Shown: positions 30,906-40,427, numbered from the whole stretch's first letter. The stretch is DNA of 61,961 bases, filler included, from Deltaproteobacteria bacterium (GCA_016283195.1; 5 parts of 5 records of this genome joined end to end with filler, not necessarily neighbours in it); one strand, 5' to 3'. The notes: generated by a model not told the origin, from the sequence alone. Numbers and translations: made by a program.

Positions 30906-31294
30906 AACGCGTCATTACTTACGGTACATTCGACCTCCTGCATTATGGGCACATCAACTTGCTGCGGCGGGCCAAAGCCCTGGGCGATTACCTCGTTGTG
31001 GCACTTTCTACCGATGAATTCAACTGGAATGCCAAACAAAAAAAATGCTATTTCAGCTACGAAAAGCGCAAACAGCTCTTGGAAGCCATTCGCTACGTTG
31101 ACCTGGTCATCCCGGAAGAAAGCTGGGAACAAAAGAAAACCGACATCAAAGAATACCATATTGACACTTTTGTCATAGGCGATGATTGGGCCGGAAAATT
31201 CGATTTTCTAAAAGAAAGCTGCGAGGTCGTCTATCTTCCCCGCACCCCGGAAGTCAGCACCACACAAATAAAAAAAGATTTGGAGAATAAATAG
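30902..31294 (+). CDS. tagD: Glycerol-3-phosphate cytidylyltransferase
   Basis: [41 protein letters not shown]. Confidence 0.95.
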   Translation: MKRVITYGTFDLLHYGHINLLRRAKALGDYLVVALSTDEFNWNAKQKKCYFSYEKRKQLLEAIRYVDLVIPEESWEQKKTDIKEYHIDTFVIGDDWAGKFDFLKESCEVVYLPRTPEVSTTQIKKDLENK

Positions 31295-31296
31295 TT

Positions 31297-32271
31297 ATGG
31301 GCGCCACGCAAACTATAAAACATTTCCTCTGGCCTTTTTACAAAACCATTTTTAAAACCCACGTTGAAAATAAGCGCCTAAAAAAAGAAAACGAAGAATT
31401 AAGATATCAAATTAAATATTTAGAGCGCCATTTTGATATCGGCAAAATGAAACCGGCCAGCGGCCTCTTAAGAGAAATTCAGCTAACCGAAGTGGAATTT
31501 GCCGCCCACATTCTGGATTTATTAAAGCCTTATAACATTCCGCTCTACCTGGAAGGCGGAGCACTCCTGGGAACGGTGCGCCACGGCGGCTTTATCCCTT
31601 GGGACGACGATGTCGATCTCGCCATGGCCCACAAAGACTATTTCAAACTGCTGAAAATATTTGAGAAAGATGCCAATTTTATTGTAATAGATTCAAGGCA
31701 AAAATCCGGTAATTATTTGGAATATTATGACAAACAAATTCGGGCCAATCCAAATAAAAATATAGTAATAAGGTCGCCCACCTGCACACATATTTTTAAT
31801 GGCACCTCAATAAGAGATGCCAAAAATCTGGAGCTTTTCCCCAATGATTTTTTAAAGGAAAGAGCCACAGAAAAAGAATTTTTAGCTTTTAGAGAGAAAG
31901 TAAATGTTTTCATAAACGGCCCGGCCACCTGGAGAGAAATTTTTGATTTTTATGATACCGCCTGGCAGGAATGCGGTCTATATTCGGCCAAACCAACCTC
32001 GCGTGTGGCTCATGGGCTGGGTAATTGGGTCTTTACCGAATACGCTTTTCACGGCTTTAGAAAGTTTGAGGATATATATCCTCTTAAAACGATAACTTTT
32101 GAAGGCTATGAATTTCCCTGCCCGGCCAATATTGAGGCCAGTCTTATCAGCGTCTATGGCAATTCTTGGCGCGAGTACCCGCAAAATATAGGTTTTCCGC
32201 TCTCTACAATGGAAAAGAACAAATATTATAAAGCGGCCGGAGAGCCGCTGATTAAATATCAGGATTTTTAA
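31297..32271 (+). CDS. LicD-family phosphotransferase 2
   Basis: GGALLGTVRHGGFIPWDDDVD. Confidence 0.92.
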   Translation: MGATQTIKHFLWPFYKTIFKTHVENKRLKKENEELRYQIKYLERHFDIGKMKPASGLLREIQLTEVEFAAHILDLLKPYNIPLYLEGGALLGTVRHGGFIPWDDDVDLAMAHKDYFKLLKIFEKDANFIVIDSRQKSGNYLEYYDKQIRANPNKNIVIRSPTCTHIFNGTSIRDAKNLELFPNDFLKERATEKEFLAFREKVNVFINGPATWREIFDFYDTAWQECGLYSAKPTSRVAHGLGNWVFTEYAFHGFRKFEDIYPLKTITFEGYEFPCPANIEASLISVYGNSWREYPQNIGFPLSTMEKNKYYKAAGEPLIKYQDF

Positions 32272-32309
32272 AACATTCTCTAAAACAGTAAACTTGAGGT
32301 TTTGCTTAA

Positions 32310-33287
32310 ATGAAAAGCATAAAACAAGCTATTAAAAACCGTCTCCGGCCTTTTTATAAAACTCTTTTTAGAGCCCGCGCGAAAAATAAAATTTTAAAAA
32401 AAGAAAATGCCGACCTTAAATATCAGCTAAATTATCTTGAGCACCATTTTGATATCGGTGATATGAAGCCGGCTATGGGCGTCTTGCGGGAATTTCAGCT
32501 GGCAGAAGTGGATTTTGCCAGAAATATTTTAGATATATTAGAGCCTTACAACTTAGAGCTCTATCTGGAAGGCGGGGCACTCTTGGGGGCCAAACGGCAC
32601 CGGGGCTTTATTCCCTGGGATGACGATATCGATATCGCCATGGCCCGTTCGGATTATAATAAGTTGTTACAAATTCTAAAAACCGATGCCCATTTTGTCT
32701 GGATTGATTCCAGCCAAAAAAGCGGTTATTATTCCGAATATTACGACAAATTGATTAGAGCCAACCCCCATAAAAATATTGTTGTCAGAACTCCGCACTG
32801 TATGCACGTTTTTAACGGCACTTGCTTGAGAGACGCCAGCAATCTGGAATTTTTCCCCAATGACTTTTTAAAGGAAGAGGTAACCGAAGCGCAATATCTC
32901 GCGACAAGAGATAAATTCATTAATTTCATGCGCAAAAAACATTCCTGGCAGGAAATTTTCACTTACTATGAAACCAAGTGGCAGGAAAGCGGCCTCTACT
33001 CCCTGGAGCCGACATCGCGCATTGTCCCCGGCCTTGGCAACTGGGATTTAATAATGTATGATTTTCATGGTTTTAGGCGTTATGATGATGTGTACCCGCT
33101 AACAACCATCGAATTTGAGGGCCGGAAATTTCCGTGTCCCAATAAGGCTCTGGCCATTCTGGAAAGGGAATATGGCAAAAATTGGCGCGATTACCCTAAA
33201 GATATCGGCATTCCGCACACACTCTTAGATAAGAACACCTACTTTTCCATGATTGGCGAGCCGCTAATTGATTATAAAGATGTCTAA
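32310..33287 (+). CDS. LicD-family phosphotransferase 3 (paralog of 2)
   Basis: GGALLGAKRHRGFIPWDDDID; colinear with 31297-32271. Confidence 0.92.
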   Translation: MKSIKQAIKNRLRPFYKTLFRARAKNKILKKENADLKYQLNYLEHHFDIGDMKPAMGVLREFQLAEVDFARNILDILEPYNLELYLEGGALLGAKRHRGFIPWDDDIDIAMARSDYNKLLQILKTDAHFVWIDSSQKSGYYSEYYDKLIRANPHKNIVVRTPHCMHVFNGTCLRDASNLEFFPNDFLKEEVTEAQYLATRDKFINFMRKKHSWQEIFTYYETKWQESGLYSLEPTSRIVPGLGNWDLIMYDFHGFRRYDDVYPLTTIEFEGRKFPCPNKALAILEREYGKNWRDYPKDIGIPHTLLDKNTYFSMIGEPLIDYKDV

Positions 33288-33291
33288 GGCC

Positions 33292-33371
33292 ATGACCGAA
33301 CCCGAAAGAATAGTGGCAGAAGGCACCATCCCGCCGGATTTTTTAAAAGAAGAAATTCTCTGCGAGTTTCA
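33292..33371 (+). CDS. N-terminal fragment of a probable fourth LicD-family gene (3' truncated by gap)
   Basis: MTEPERIVAEGTIPPDFLKEEILCEF resembles the FxxEExxCxF N-terminus of many LicD proteins; context. Confidence 0.5.
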
Positions 33372-33471
33372 NNNNNNNNNNNNNNNNNNNNNNNNNNNNN
33401 NNNNNNNNNNNNNNNTTAATTAATTAANNNNNNNNNNNNNNNNNNNNNNNNNNNNNNNNNNNNNNNNNNNN
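33372..33471. other. Artificial contig spacer
   Basis: 44 N + TTAATTAATTAA + 44 N. Confidence 0.98.
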
Positions 33472-34450
33472 AAGTGTTGAGATTATTTCGCCCTATAACC
33501 TGCCGGAAGTTTATAGCGAGAAAGAGAGTATTTGCGATATCAAAGCCATCAGCGAAAGCGGGAAGATTATCGACATTGAAATGCAGGTGTTACGGAGGGA
33601 TGATTACATCGACCGCTCCCTTTATTACTGCGCGCACAACTTAAGCTCCCAGCTTGAAAGAGGTAAATCTTATAGCGACCTGCACCAGGTAATTTGCATC
33701 AGCATTCTGGACTTTGACCTCTTTCCTGACGATGAGGAGCCCCACCACACCGCCCAAATGGTTGACCGTATAACCGGGGAGCCCTTAAGTGAAAAGATGG
33801 CTATCCACTTTCTGGAGCTCCAAAAAGCGGAAAAATATGCTAATATTACGGCCGAACTTGCTGCCTGGGTGCGCTTTTTTGCCCATGCGCACGAGGAGGG
33901 TTACATGGAAAGCGCGGTTTCGGCCATTGGTGAGGCCCATAGCTTTTATCTGGAATTACTGAATAACACCAAGCTGGTGGGAGTGGCTGCCGACCGCGAA
34001 CGAGCTTATCGTGACTGGGTCTCGCTGATTAAAATCAAGGAAAAGAATGATAAGAAAATAGCCGAAGCCAAGAAGAGGATAACCGAAGACGAGAAGAGAA
34101 TAGCCAAGGACAAGAAAGAGGTAGCCAAGGACAAGAAAGAGGTAGCCAAGGACAAGAAAGAGGTAGCCAAGGACAAGAAAGAGGTAGCCAAGGACAAGAA
34201 AGAGATAGCCAAGGATAAGAAAGAAATTGCCAAGGATAAGAAAGAAATTGCCAAGGACGAGAAAGAGCTGAACAAAATCCGACTTCAGTTGGAGCAAAGA
34301 GAAACAGCGCTGGCAACTAAAGAAAAGCAAACAATCGATCAAGGAAAACATGAGAAAGCCCTAGCTCTGGCTAAAAAATTCATGGCTCTTGGCCACAGTA
34401 AAGAGGAAGCGGCCGAGTTTGCGGAAATTGATGTAAAATTGCTTGATTAG
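33472..34450 (+). CDS. Rpn-family recombination-promoting nuclease / PD-(D/E)XK putative transposase (5' truncated)
   Basis: Frame open from the gap: KESICDIKA..GKIIDIEMQ, RSLYY, Y..L.QVICISILDF, IHFLELQK; C-terminal coiled coil. Confidence 0.9.
33893..33907 (+). promoter_or_regulatory. Internal Shine-Dalgarno + in-frame ATG within rpn (candidate RpnS start)
   Basis: GAGGAGG (33893-99), 5-nt spacer, ATG 33905 in frame, just after the nuclease domain. Confidence 0.6.
34058..34267 (+). repeat. 21-bp tandem repeat, 10 units (heptad [IV]AKDKKE)
   Basis: Four identical GTAGCCAAGGACAAGAAAGAG units flanked by degenerate copies. Confidence 0.95.
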
Positions 34451-34593
34451 CCAGGAATATTCGTTTTTGTCCGGCCGTTAATTTTATAAGAAATCTATTG
34501 ATAAAAGCTAAAGAGTATCTTCCAGATACTGCCACTTGGTTCCAAAATATTGCGATCGCCGCCGGAAAGAGGGCATAACTAAATGTTGCGGAT

Positions 34594-34619
34594 AAAAAAA
34601 AGCCCCGTTTCCGGGGCTT
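34594..34619 (-). terminator. Intrinsic terminator downstream of tRNA-Val
   Basis: Minus strand AAGCCCCG-GAAA-CGGGGCTT followed by a T-run. Confidence 0.85.
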
Positions 34620-34630
34620 AAAATTAAATA

Positions 34631-34705
34631 TGGTGGGCAGAAAGGGGTTTGAACCCTTGGCTCCCGGCGTGTAAAGCCGATGCTCTCCCGCTGAGCTATC
34701 CGCCC
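34631..34705 (-). tRNA. tRNA-Val (TAC)
   Basis: Reverse complement GGGCGGATAGCTCAGCGGGAGAGCATCGGCTTTACACGCCGGGAGCCAAGGGTTCAAACCCCTTTCTGCCCACCA folds to a cloverleaf. Confidence 0.95.
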
Positions 34706-34759
34706 AATGCCCCGCCTTTCTACTCTATCTATCCAAAGAGTGCAAGAGTTTTTTTAAGC

Positions 34760-35353
34760 TTATTTGTTTATAGAGAGATCAAGGCTGTGAAAACGATTTT
34801 GCGCTTTAGCAAGACCATCAATAATGAGAGCTTCAAGAGCTTGCATGGCCGCTATTTTTACTTCATTAAAAATGGGCAGCTCATGGCTATTAAAATCACC
34901 CAAAACAAAATCGGCACCTACACCCGGGGCTTTGCCGATGCCCACGCGCAGGCGGTAAAAATCGGCACCAATGTGGCTGATGATGGATTTTATGCCGTTG
35001 TGGCCGGCTGCGCCGCCGCCCATTTTCAGACGCAGCTGCCCCAGCGGTAAATCCATCTCATCGTGAACGACGACAATATGACTTGGATCAATATGGTAAA
35101 AACGGGCAGCTTCGCCCACCGCCTGGCCGCTCAAATTCATAAAGGTGAGCGGTTTTAAGAGCTGACAGGTAGCGCCGTTTCTGCTGTTGATTTTAGCGCC
35201 CAGAGCATTGGTGCGCTCACTGCGCCAAGAGGCACGCTCGGCTTCAGCCAGAGCATCCAAAACCATAAAGCCTACGTTATGGCGGCTTTTTTCATATTTG
35301 GGCCCGGGATTACCAAGGCCGGCAATAAGCCATAGAGAAGCACTCTCAGCCAT
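34760..35353 (-). CDS. pth: Peptidyl-tRNA hydrolase
   Basis: GLGNPG..Y..SRHNVGF, KPLTFMNLSG, HDEMD, GHNG. Confidence 0.97.
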   Translation of the reverse strand: MAESASLWLIAGLGNPGPKYEKSRHNVGFMVLDALAEAERASWRSERTNALGAKINSRNGATCQLLKPLTFMNLSGQAVGEAARFYHIDPSHIVVVHDEMDLPLGQLRLKMGGGAAGHNGIKSIISHIGADFYRLRVGIGKAPGVGADFVLGDFNSHELPIFNEVKIAAMQALEALIIDGLAKAQNRFHSLDLSINK

Positions 35354-35403
35354 CTGACAAGACCTAGAAACCTAGAAGAGATGTTAAAGAAAGGAAATGT
35401 AGA

Positions 35404-36021
35404 TTACTTAGCTGGAGCGGCAGCCGCAGCATCGGCTGACTTAGCCGCCGGAGTATCGTCGCCAACCACTTGGCAAACAACCAAAGTGATGCGCTCCGGA
35501 GTAACGGCTTTTACGCCTTCAGGCAAAGTGACATCGCGCACGTGGATAGATTGGTTAATATCCAAATCATCAACGGGCACAGTAATTTTGAGCGGCAGAT
35601 TAGCCGGTAAACACTCAACTTCAAGAGCAAAGCGTTTGAATTCGAGCATACCGCCAGAAAGAGCCACACCTTTTGAACGGCCGGTGAAATCGATCGGCAC
35701 TTTGGCATGGATGGGGGCGTTCATATCAACAGCCAAGAGGTCAACATGGGTTAATTTGTTGCCCAAAACTTCTTTTTGATAGGCTTGCATCATAACGCTG
35801 TGTTTTGTGCCATCGTCAAGTTTCAAATCAAAAATAGCATTGCGGCCAAACTCGGTTTTGAGGCCGTTTTTCAGTGAAACCGGGTCGATATAAAGAGGAA
35901 TGGCCCCTTCGATACCATGCCCGTAGCAAACAGCCGGGACAAACCCTTGACCACGCAATTTGCGAGCGACACCTTTACCGGTTTTCTCACGCTTATTACC
36001 ATTAAGTTCCTGAATAATCAT
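35404..36021 (-). CDS. rplY: 50S ribosomal protein L25/Ctc
   Basis: GKGVARKLRGQGFVPAVCYG, HVDL; upstream of pth. Confidence 0.95.
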   Translation of the reverse strand: MIIQELNGNKREKTGKGVARKLRGQGFVPAVCYGHGIEGAIPLYIDPVSLKNGLKTEFGRNAIFDLKLDDGTKHSVMMQAYQKEVLGNKLTHVDLLAVDMNAPIHAKVPIDFTGRSKGVALSGGMLEFKRFALEVECLPANLPLKITVPVDDLDINQSIHVRDVTLPEGVKAVTPERITLVVCQVVGDDTPAAKSADAAAAAPAK

Positions 36022-36076
36022 CTTACTACTCCCTCACGACAGAACTAGCGCCTGTAACGCGAATAACGCGGAGGGA

Positions 36077-36105
36077 AAGCTAGTAAGACTAGAGATAAAA
36101 GTCAA
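36077..36105 (-). promoter_or_regulatory. sigma70-type promoter for rplY-pth
   Basis: Minus strand TTGACT-17 nt-TAGCTT. Confidence 0.5.
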
Positions 36106-36224
36106 GGTCTTTTTTAATCCTCACGCTTATTTTCTGAAAGTAGCACTGGATTAGCCTCTTTTTGGGTGCTATAAGCCGTAAGTCCCCGGCAAAACGTTTG
36201 GGGAAGAATAGTTTTGGATGCTTT

Positions 36225-38069
36225 ATGGATAAGACAATTTTGCGTATGCTGCGCTATGCCGTGCCCCATATCGGGGCTTTTATTCTGGCCTTTTTTTTCA
36301 TGATTCTTTTGGCTTTAACTTCCACTATATATGCTTTTTTGGCCGGGCCGGCTTTGCGCTATGTTTTAACCGGTGATTTTTCGGCACTTTTTAAAGAGAC
36401 GAGCGGCGCTTATCGCTCTTATATAGCTTATTTGCCCGCCTCACTTTTAGACTGGATTCAATCTATCGACCAAAAAAGCGCACTTTTAATTTTTCCGGTG
36501 GCCATTTTGGTAACTGCCGTTTTTAAGGGTATAGCCCAAACCGGCCAATTCCATTTAACCGGCGTCATTGCCCAAAAAATTCTCTTAAAGCTGCGCACCG
36601 AGCTCTTTGACCACATTCTCACCATGCCGCCGGCCTTTTATGTAAAAATGCGCCAGGGAGACCTCGTGACCCGCCTGGTGCAGGACGGTCACATGGTGGA
36701 GCAAGCCCTCTTTTACGGCGTGGCGCCGCTTATCAGGGATACACTTACGGTTATTGCCCTTATCGGCTTTTGTTTTTGGCTGGACCCTTATCTTTCTCTG
36801 ATAATATTTTTAGTGGTGCCGGCCTGCTGCCTGCCCATTGTGCGCTTTAGCAAGTGGCTGAAAAAAGTCTCTTCCAAAGGGCAAAACGCCCTTGGAGAAA
36901 TGAGCGCTTTGAGTTCCGAAATAATTGGCGGCATGCGGGTGGTTCAGGCTTTTGGCATGGAAGATCACGAGAGCCGGCGCTTTAAAAATCTGGCGCTTCG
37001 CTATTTAGCAGAAATGCGCAAAAGTTATTTTATCCGCGCCGTGCGCACCCCAATTATGGAGATTATGGGCGCTGCCGGTCTCGCTGCGCTCCTTTGGTGG
37101 AGCGGTGCTTCTCTTACGGACGGCTCGCTTGATGCTTCGCATTTTATCAGCTTTTTTGTGGCCATTGTGATGATGTATGACCCCTTGAAACAGCTGGGCC
37201 GCGTTGGTGAATATATGGCTCAGGGCGCCGCTTCGGCCGAGCGCATTTTTGCCGTTCTCGATGAGCCGGCGGCTATAAAGAGCCCAAAAAAGCCGGCGGA
37301 GTGGCATACCTTCACCTCTATGGTGGAGTGCCAAAATCTCCACTTTGCCTATACTCCGGATAAAGAGGTGCTCTTAGGCCTTAGTTTAAAGGTGAAAAAG
37401 GGGCAGACGGTGGCCGTTGTGGGGCGCAGCGGAGCCGGTAAAACAACTCTCGTAAATTTATTGCCGCGCTTTTATGAAGTAAATAGCGGCGAAATTCTCA
37501 TCGACGGTCACAATATAAATACTCTGGATTTAAAGGCCCTGCGTCACAATCTCGCTATTGTCACCCAAGATACCGTGCTCTTTAACGATACGGTTTTTAA
37601 TAACATCCGTTACGGCCGCGAAGAGGCGACAAACGAAGAGGTGTTTGCCGCTGCCAAAGCTGCTTATGCCGATGAATTTATAAAAGAATTACCCAGTGGC
37701 TATGAGACGGTCATCGGCGAGCGCGGCGTTATTTTGAGCGGCGGCCAAAAGCAGCGCCTTGCTATTGCCCGTGCGCTTTTAAAGGATGCACCGCTTCTTA
37801 TTCTGGATGAAGCCACCTCGGCTCTCGGTATCGAAAGCGAGCGCATGGTGCAGAAAGCTATAGATAATTTGCTCTCCGGGCGCACGGCTATTGTAATTGC
37901 CCACCGCCTCTCTACCATCAGGCAGGCCGATGATATTATTGTCCTTGATGGCGGCCGGGTAGCTGAGGAGGGCAGCCATGAGGAGCTCATTAAAGCCGGC
38001 GGGCTTTATGCTCATTTGTATGAATTGCAATTCGGCGAGGAAGTAGCGGATTCTCATGAAAAAAATTGA
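36225..38069 (+). CDS. MsbA-like ABC exporter (TMD + NBD)
   Basis: Multiple TMs; Walker A GRSGAGKTT, signature LSGGQKQR, Walker B ILDEAT, H-loop AHRLST. Confidence 0.92.
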   Translation: MDKTILRMLRYAVPHIGAFILAFFFMILLALTSTIYAFLAGPALRYVLTGDFSALFKETSGAYRSYIAYLPASLLDWIQSIDQKSALLIFPVAILVTAVFKGIAQTGQFHLTGVIAQKILLKLRTELFDHILTMPPAFYVKMRQGDLVTRLVQDGHMVEQALFYGVAPLIRDTLTVIALIGFCFWLDPYLSLIIFLVVPACCLPIVRFSKWLKKVSSKGQNALGEMSALSSEIIGGMRVVQAFGMEDHESRRFKNLALRYLAEMRKSYFIRAVRTPIMEIMGAAGLAALLWWSGASLTDGSLDASHFISFFVAIVMMYDPLKQLGRVGEYMAQGAASAERIFAVLDEPAAIKSPKKPAEWHTFTSMVECQNLHFAYTPDKEVLLGLSLKVKKGQTVAVVGRSGAGKTTLVNLLPRFYEVNSGEILIDGHNINTLDLKALRHNLAIVTQDTVLFNDTVFNNIRYGREEATNEEVFAAAKAAYADEFIKELPSGYETVIGERGVILSGGQKQRLAIARALLKDAPLLILDEATSALGIESERMVQKAIDNLLSGRTAIVIAHRLSTIRQADDIIVLDGGRVAEEGSHEELIKAGGLYAHLYELQFGEEVADSHEKN

Positions 38070-40401
38070 TATAAAAACTTTGGCCGGCGCCTGGGGAAAG
38101 CTGGTTTTAAAATACCGCTGGCCGCTGATTGTTCTCGCGGTTATATTATTTGGCATAACTTTTTACTTTCAGCGCCTGGTACCGATGGAGTCTTCAGTGG
38201 AAGATATGGTGCTCTCCGATGACCCCGACCGCCTGGCCCTTGAGCGCTTTAGAGATATTTTTGGTTCCGACCAAATTCTTATTGCTGTTTTCAGCGGCAT
38301 AGATTTAAACGAGCCTAAGGTTTACGATGCCATAGAGAATTATCGCCGTACTCTCTGCGCCGCCGCCGATTTTCAAGATTGTCTGGCTATTACCAATATA
38401 ACAGATGTTACTGGGCGTGACGGTGAAGTGCTGGTAGAGCCCCTCCTTACCAAGTTGCCGGCTGATAACGAAGAAGCTAAAGCCATTTTTAATAAAGCCC
38501 TCAAAAGGCGCGATTATTTAAACCTTTTTTACAATGAGAGCGGCACGGCGGCGGCAGTTATTGCCCGCCTGAATCCGCCCCGGGGCGAGCGCGAGCAAAA
38601 ATATTATCAGGATAAAGTTTATAATGAGGCCCACCGCCTGGCCGCAAGCCAGGACTTTAGCGGCTACAATATCTATCTCGCCGGCAATCCCATTATAAAA
38701 AAAGATCTTTCTGACTATCAGGCCTACGACCTTAAGCGCTTTATGTTTGTTTTATACGGTATGTTGGTGCTCTTTTTGGCCCTTACCCACCGCCGTCTGC
38801 CCGGTGTGGTTTTGCCTCTTTCCATTGTGGTCTTAACGCTCTATTCGCTTATGACCATTATATATTTTACCGGCAAGCCGCTTTCTATTGTCGGCTGTAT
38901 TTTGCCGCCTCTCATGCTTGTTTACGGCATTTCTATTGCCAGCCATATTTATATTCGTTACACCGAGTGGCTGCAGCGGTGCGCTTTTGAAAAAAATAAA
39001 GCTTTAGTCGGGGCCTTGGCTTCGGTCATCGGCGCCTGTTTTTATAATGCTCTTACCACGGCCTTTGGCTTTGGTGCCAATACCATTTCCGATATTGCCC
39101 CGGTGAAGGATTTTGGCATCAGCGCCGCTATCGGCGTACTTTTGGCGCTTATTGTTTCTTTCCTTTTTGCTCTCCCCATTCTTTCGCTCTTTCCGCCACC
39201 TAAGCCGCTGGCGGTTTCCGGAGAAAAAAAGAGCGATCCTATCGGCCAGATACTTAAATTTGTTTCGGCCTTTGTGCGCCGCCGCTATAAGTGGATTTTA
39301 GCCAGCAATCTCTTTATTTCGGCCATAGCTATATACGGCATGACGCAAATAAAAGTAGAAACTAAGCTGATAGAATATTTTAATCCCGATACACCGATTT
39401 ATCAGGCTTATCATGAAATAGAAAAAGATTTGGCCGGTATTTCCAGCATTGAGGTGGTTTTTGAGGGGGCTGCCGAGCAAATAAAAGATCCGGTTGTTTT
39501 AAAGCAACTTGCTAAATTTAATAATGAATTAAGGCAAAATGAGCATATTAGAAACAGCACTTCTCTTGCCGATTATGTTATGTTGATGAATAGAGCTCTT
39601 TGGGACGACGACCCTAGTGAATGGCGCATCCCGGATAAAAAAGAGGCTATAGCCCAGCTCCTTTTGTTATATGAATCATCGGAATTTGCCGCCGACCTTT
39701 GGCGCTATGTCAGCGAAGATTACAGCTCGGCCCGCATTGCCGCTCGTGTCGATAGCATCAGCAGCTCGGCTCTTGTGGCTATGGTCAAAGATATTAAAGA
39801 ACAGGCTAAGGAGCTGGAAAACACTCTGCCGGGGGTAAAAATTGCCGTTACCGGTTCCGGCGTTATTTATGCCAACATGGTTAATTCGCTGGTTTTGGGG
39901 CAGGTTAAAAGTTTTGGCCTTTCGCTTTTGCTCATAACCATTTTGATGATTATTATTGCCGGCAATGTGCCTGTTGGTCTCGTTAGCCTCATTCCCAACC
40001 TTATTCCCATTTTGATTGTTATGGGCATTATGGGCTATTTTCATATTTCCCTCGATGCCACAACCGCTATGGTAGCTCCTGTGGCGCTCGGCATGGCCGT
40101 TGACAGCACCATTCATTATATGGTGCGCTTTAGACGCGAGTGTCTTTTAAACGGCCATGACTATCTAAAAGCCACCGACACCACTATCTCCACCATCGGC
40201 CGAGCTATGATGGCTACCTCCCTGCCGCTTGCCGGCGGCTTTTTTGTGTTGCTACTCGCCTCTTTTATGCCCACTTACTATTTTGGCATGCTTTCCGGTA
40301 CCATTGCGCTTCTCGCTATGTTTTATGATCTCTTTGTTACGCCCTCGGCGCTTTTACTTTTAAAGCCGCTCTTTAAGGAGCATAAAAAGAGTGCATTATA
40401 G
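38056..40401 (+). CDS. MMPL/RND-superfamily transporter
   Basis: Two repeats of TM + periplasmic domain + 5 TMs; TTAFGF, GMAVDSTIH; overlaps the ABC gene. Confidence 0.88.
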   Translation: MKKIDIKTLAGAWGKLVLKYRWPLIVLAVILFGITFYFQRLVPMESSVEDMVLSDDPDRLALERFRDIFGSDQILIAVFSGIDLNEPKVYDAIENYRRTLCAAADFQDCLAITNITDVTGRDGEVLVEPLLTKLPADNEEAKAIFNKALKRRDYLNLFYNESGTAAAVIARLNPPRGEREQKYYQDKVYNEAHRLAASQDFSGYNIYLAGNPIIKKDLSDYQAYDLKRFMFVLYGMLVLFLALTHRRLPGVVLPLSIVVLTLYSLMTIIYFTGKPLSIVGCILPPLMLVYGISIASHIYIRYTEWLQRCAFEKNKALVGALASVIGACFYNALTTAFGFGANTISDIAPVKDFGISAAIGVLLALIVSFLFALPILSLFPPPKPLAVSGEKKSDPIGQILKFVSAFVRRRYKWILASNLFISAIAIYGMTQIKVETKLIEYFNPDTPIYQAYHEIEKDLAGISSIEVVFEGAAEQIKDPVVLKQLAKFNNELRQNEHIRNSTSLADYVMLMNRALWDDDPSEWRIPDKKEAIAQLLLLYESSEFAADLWRYVSEDYSSARIAARVDSISSSALVAMVKDIKEQAKELENTLPGVKIAVTGSGVIYANMVNSLVLGQVKSFGLSLLLITILMIIIAGNVPVGLVSLIPNLIPILIVMGIMGYFHISLDATTAMVAPVALGMAVDSTIHYMVRFRRECLLNGHDYLKATDTTISTIGRAMMATSLPLAGGFFVLLLASFMPTYYFGMLSGTIALLAMFYDLFVTPSALLLLKPLFKEHKKSAL

Positions 40402-40427
40402 CCCGCTAATGAAGAAAAATAATTTGC

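Noticed and set aside
34058-34267. Possible CRISPR array (also 54054-54233)
   Set aside because: Head-to-tail repeats without unique spacers, in frame within CDSs; no cas genes.
34649-35050. 133-aa plus-strand ORF
   Set aside because: Antisense to tRNA-Val and pth; spurious.
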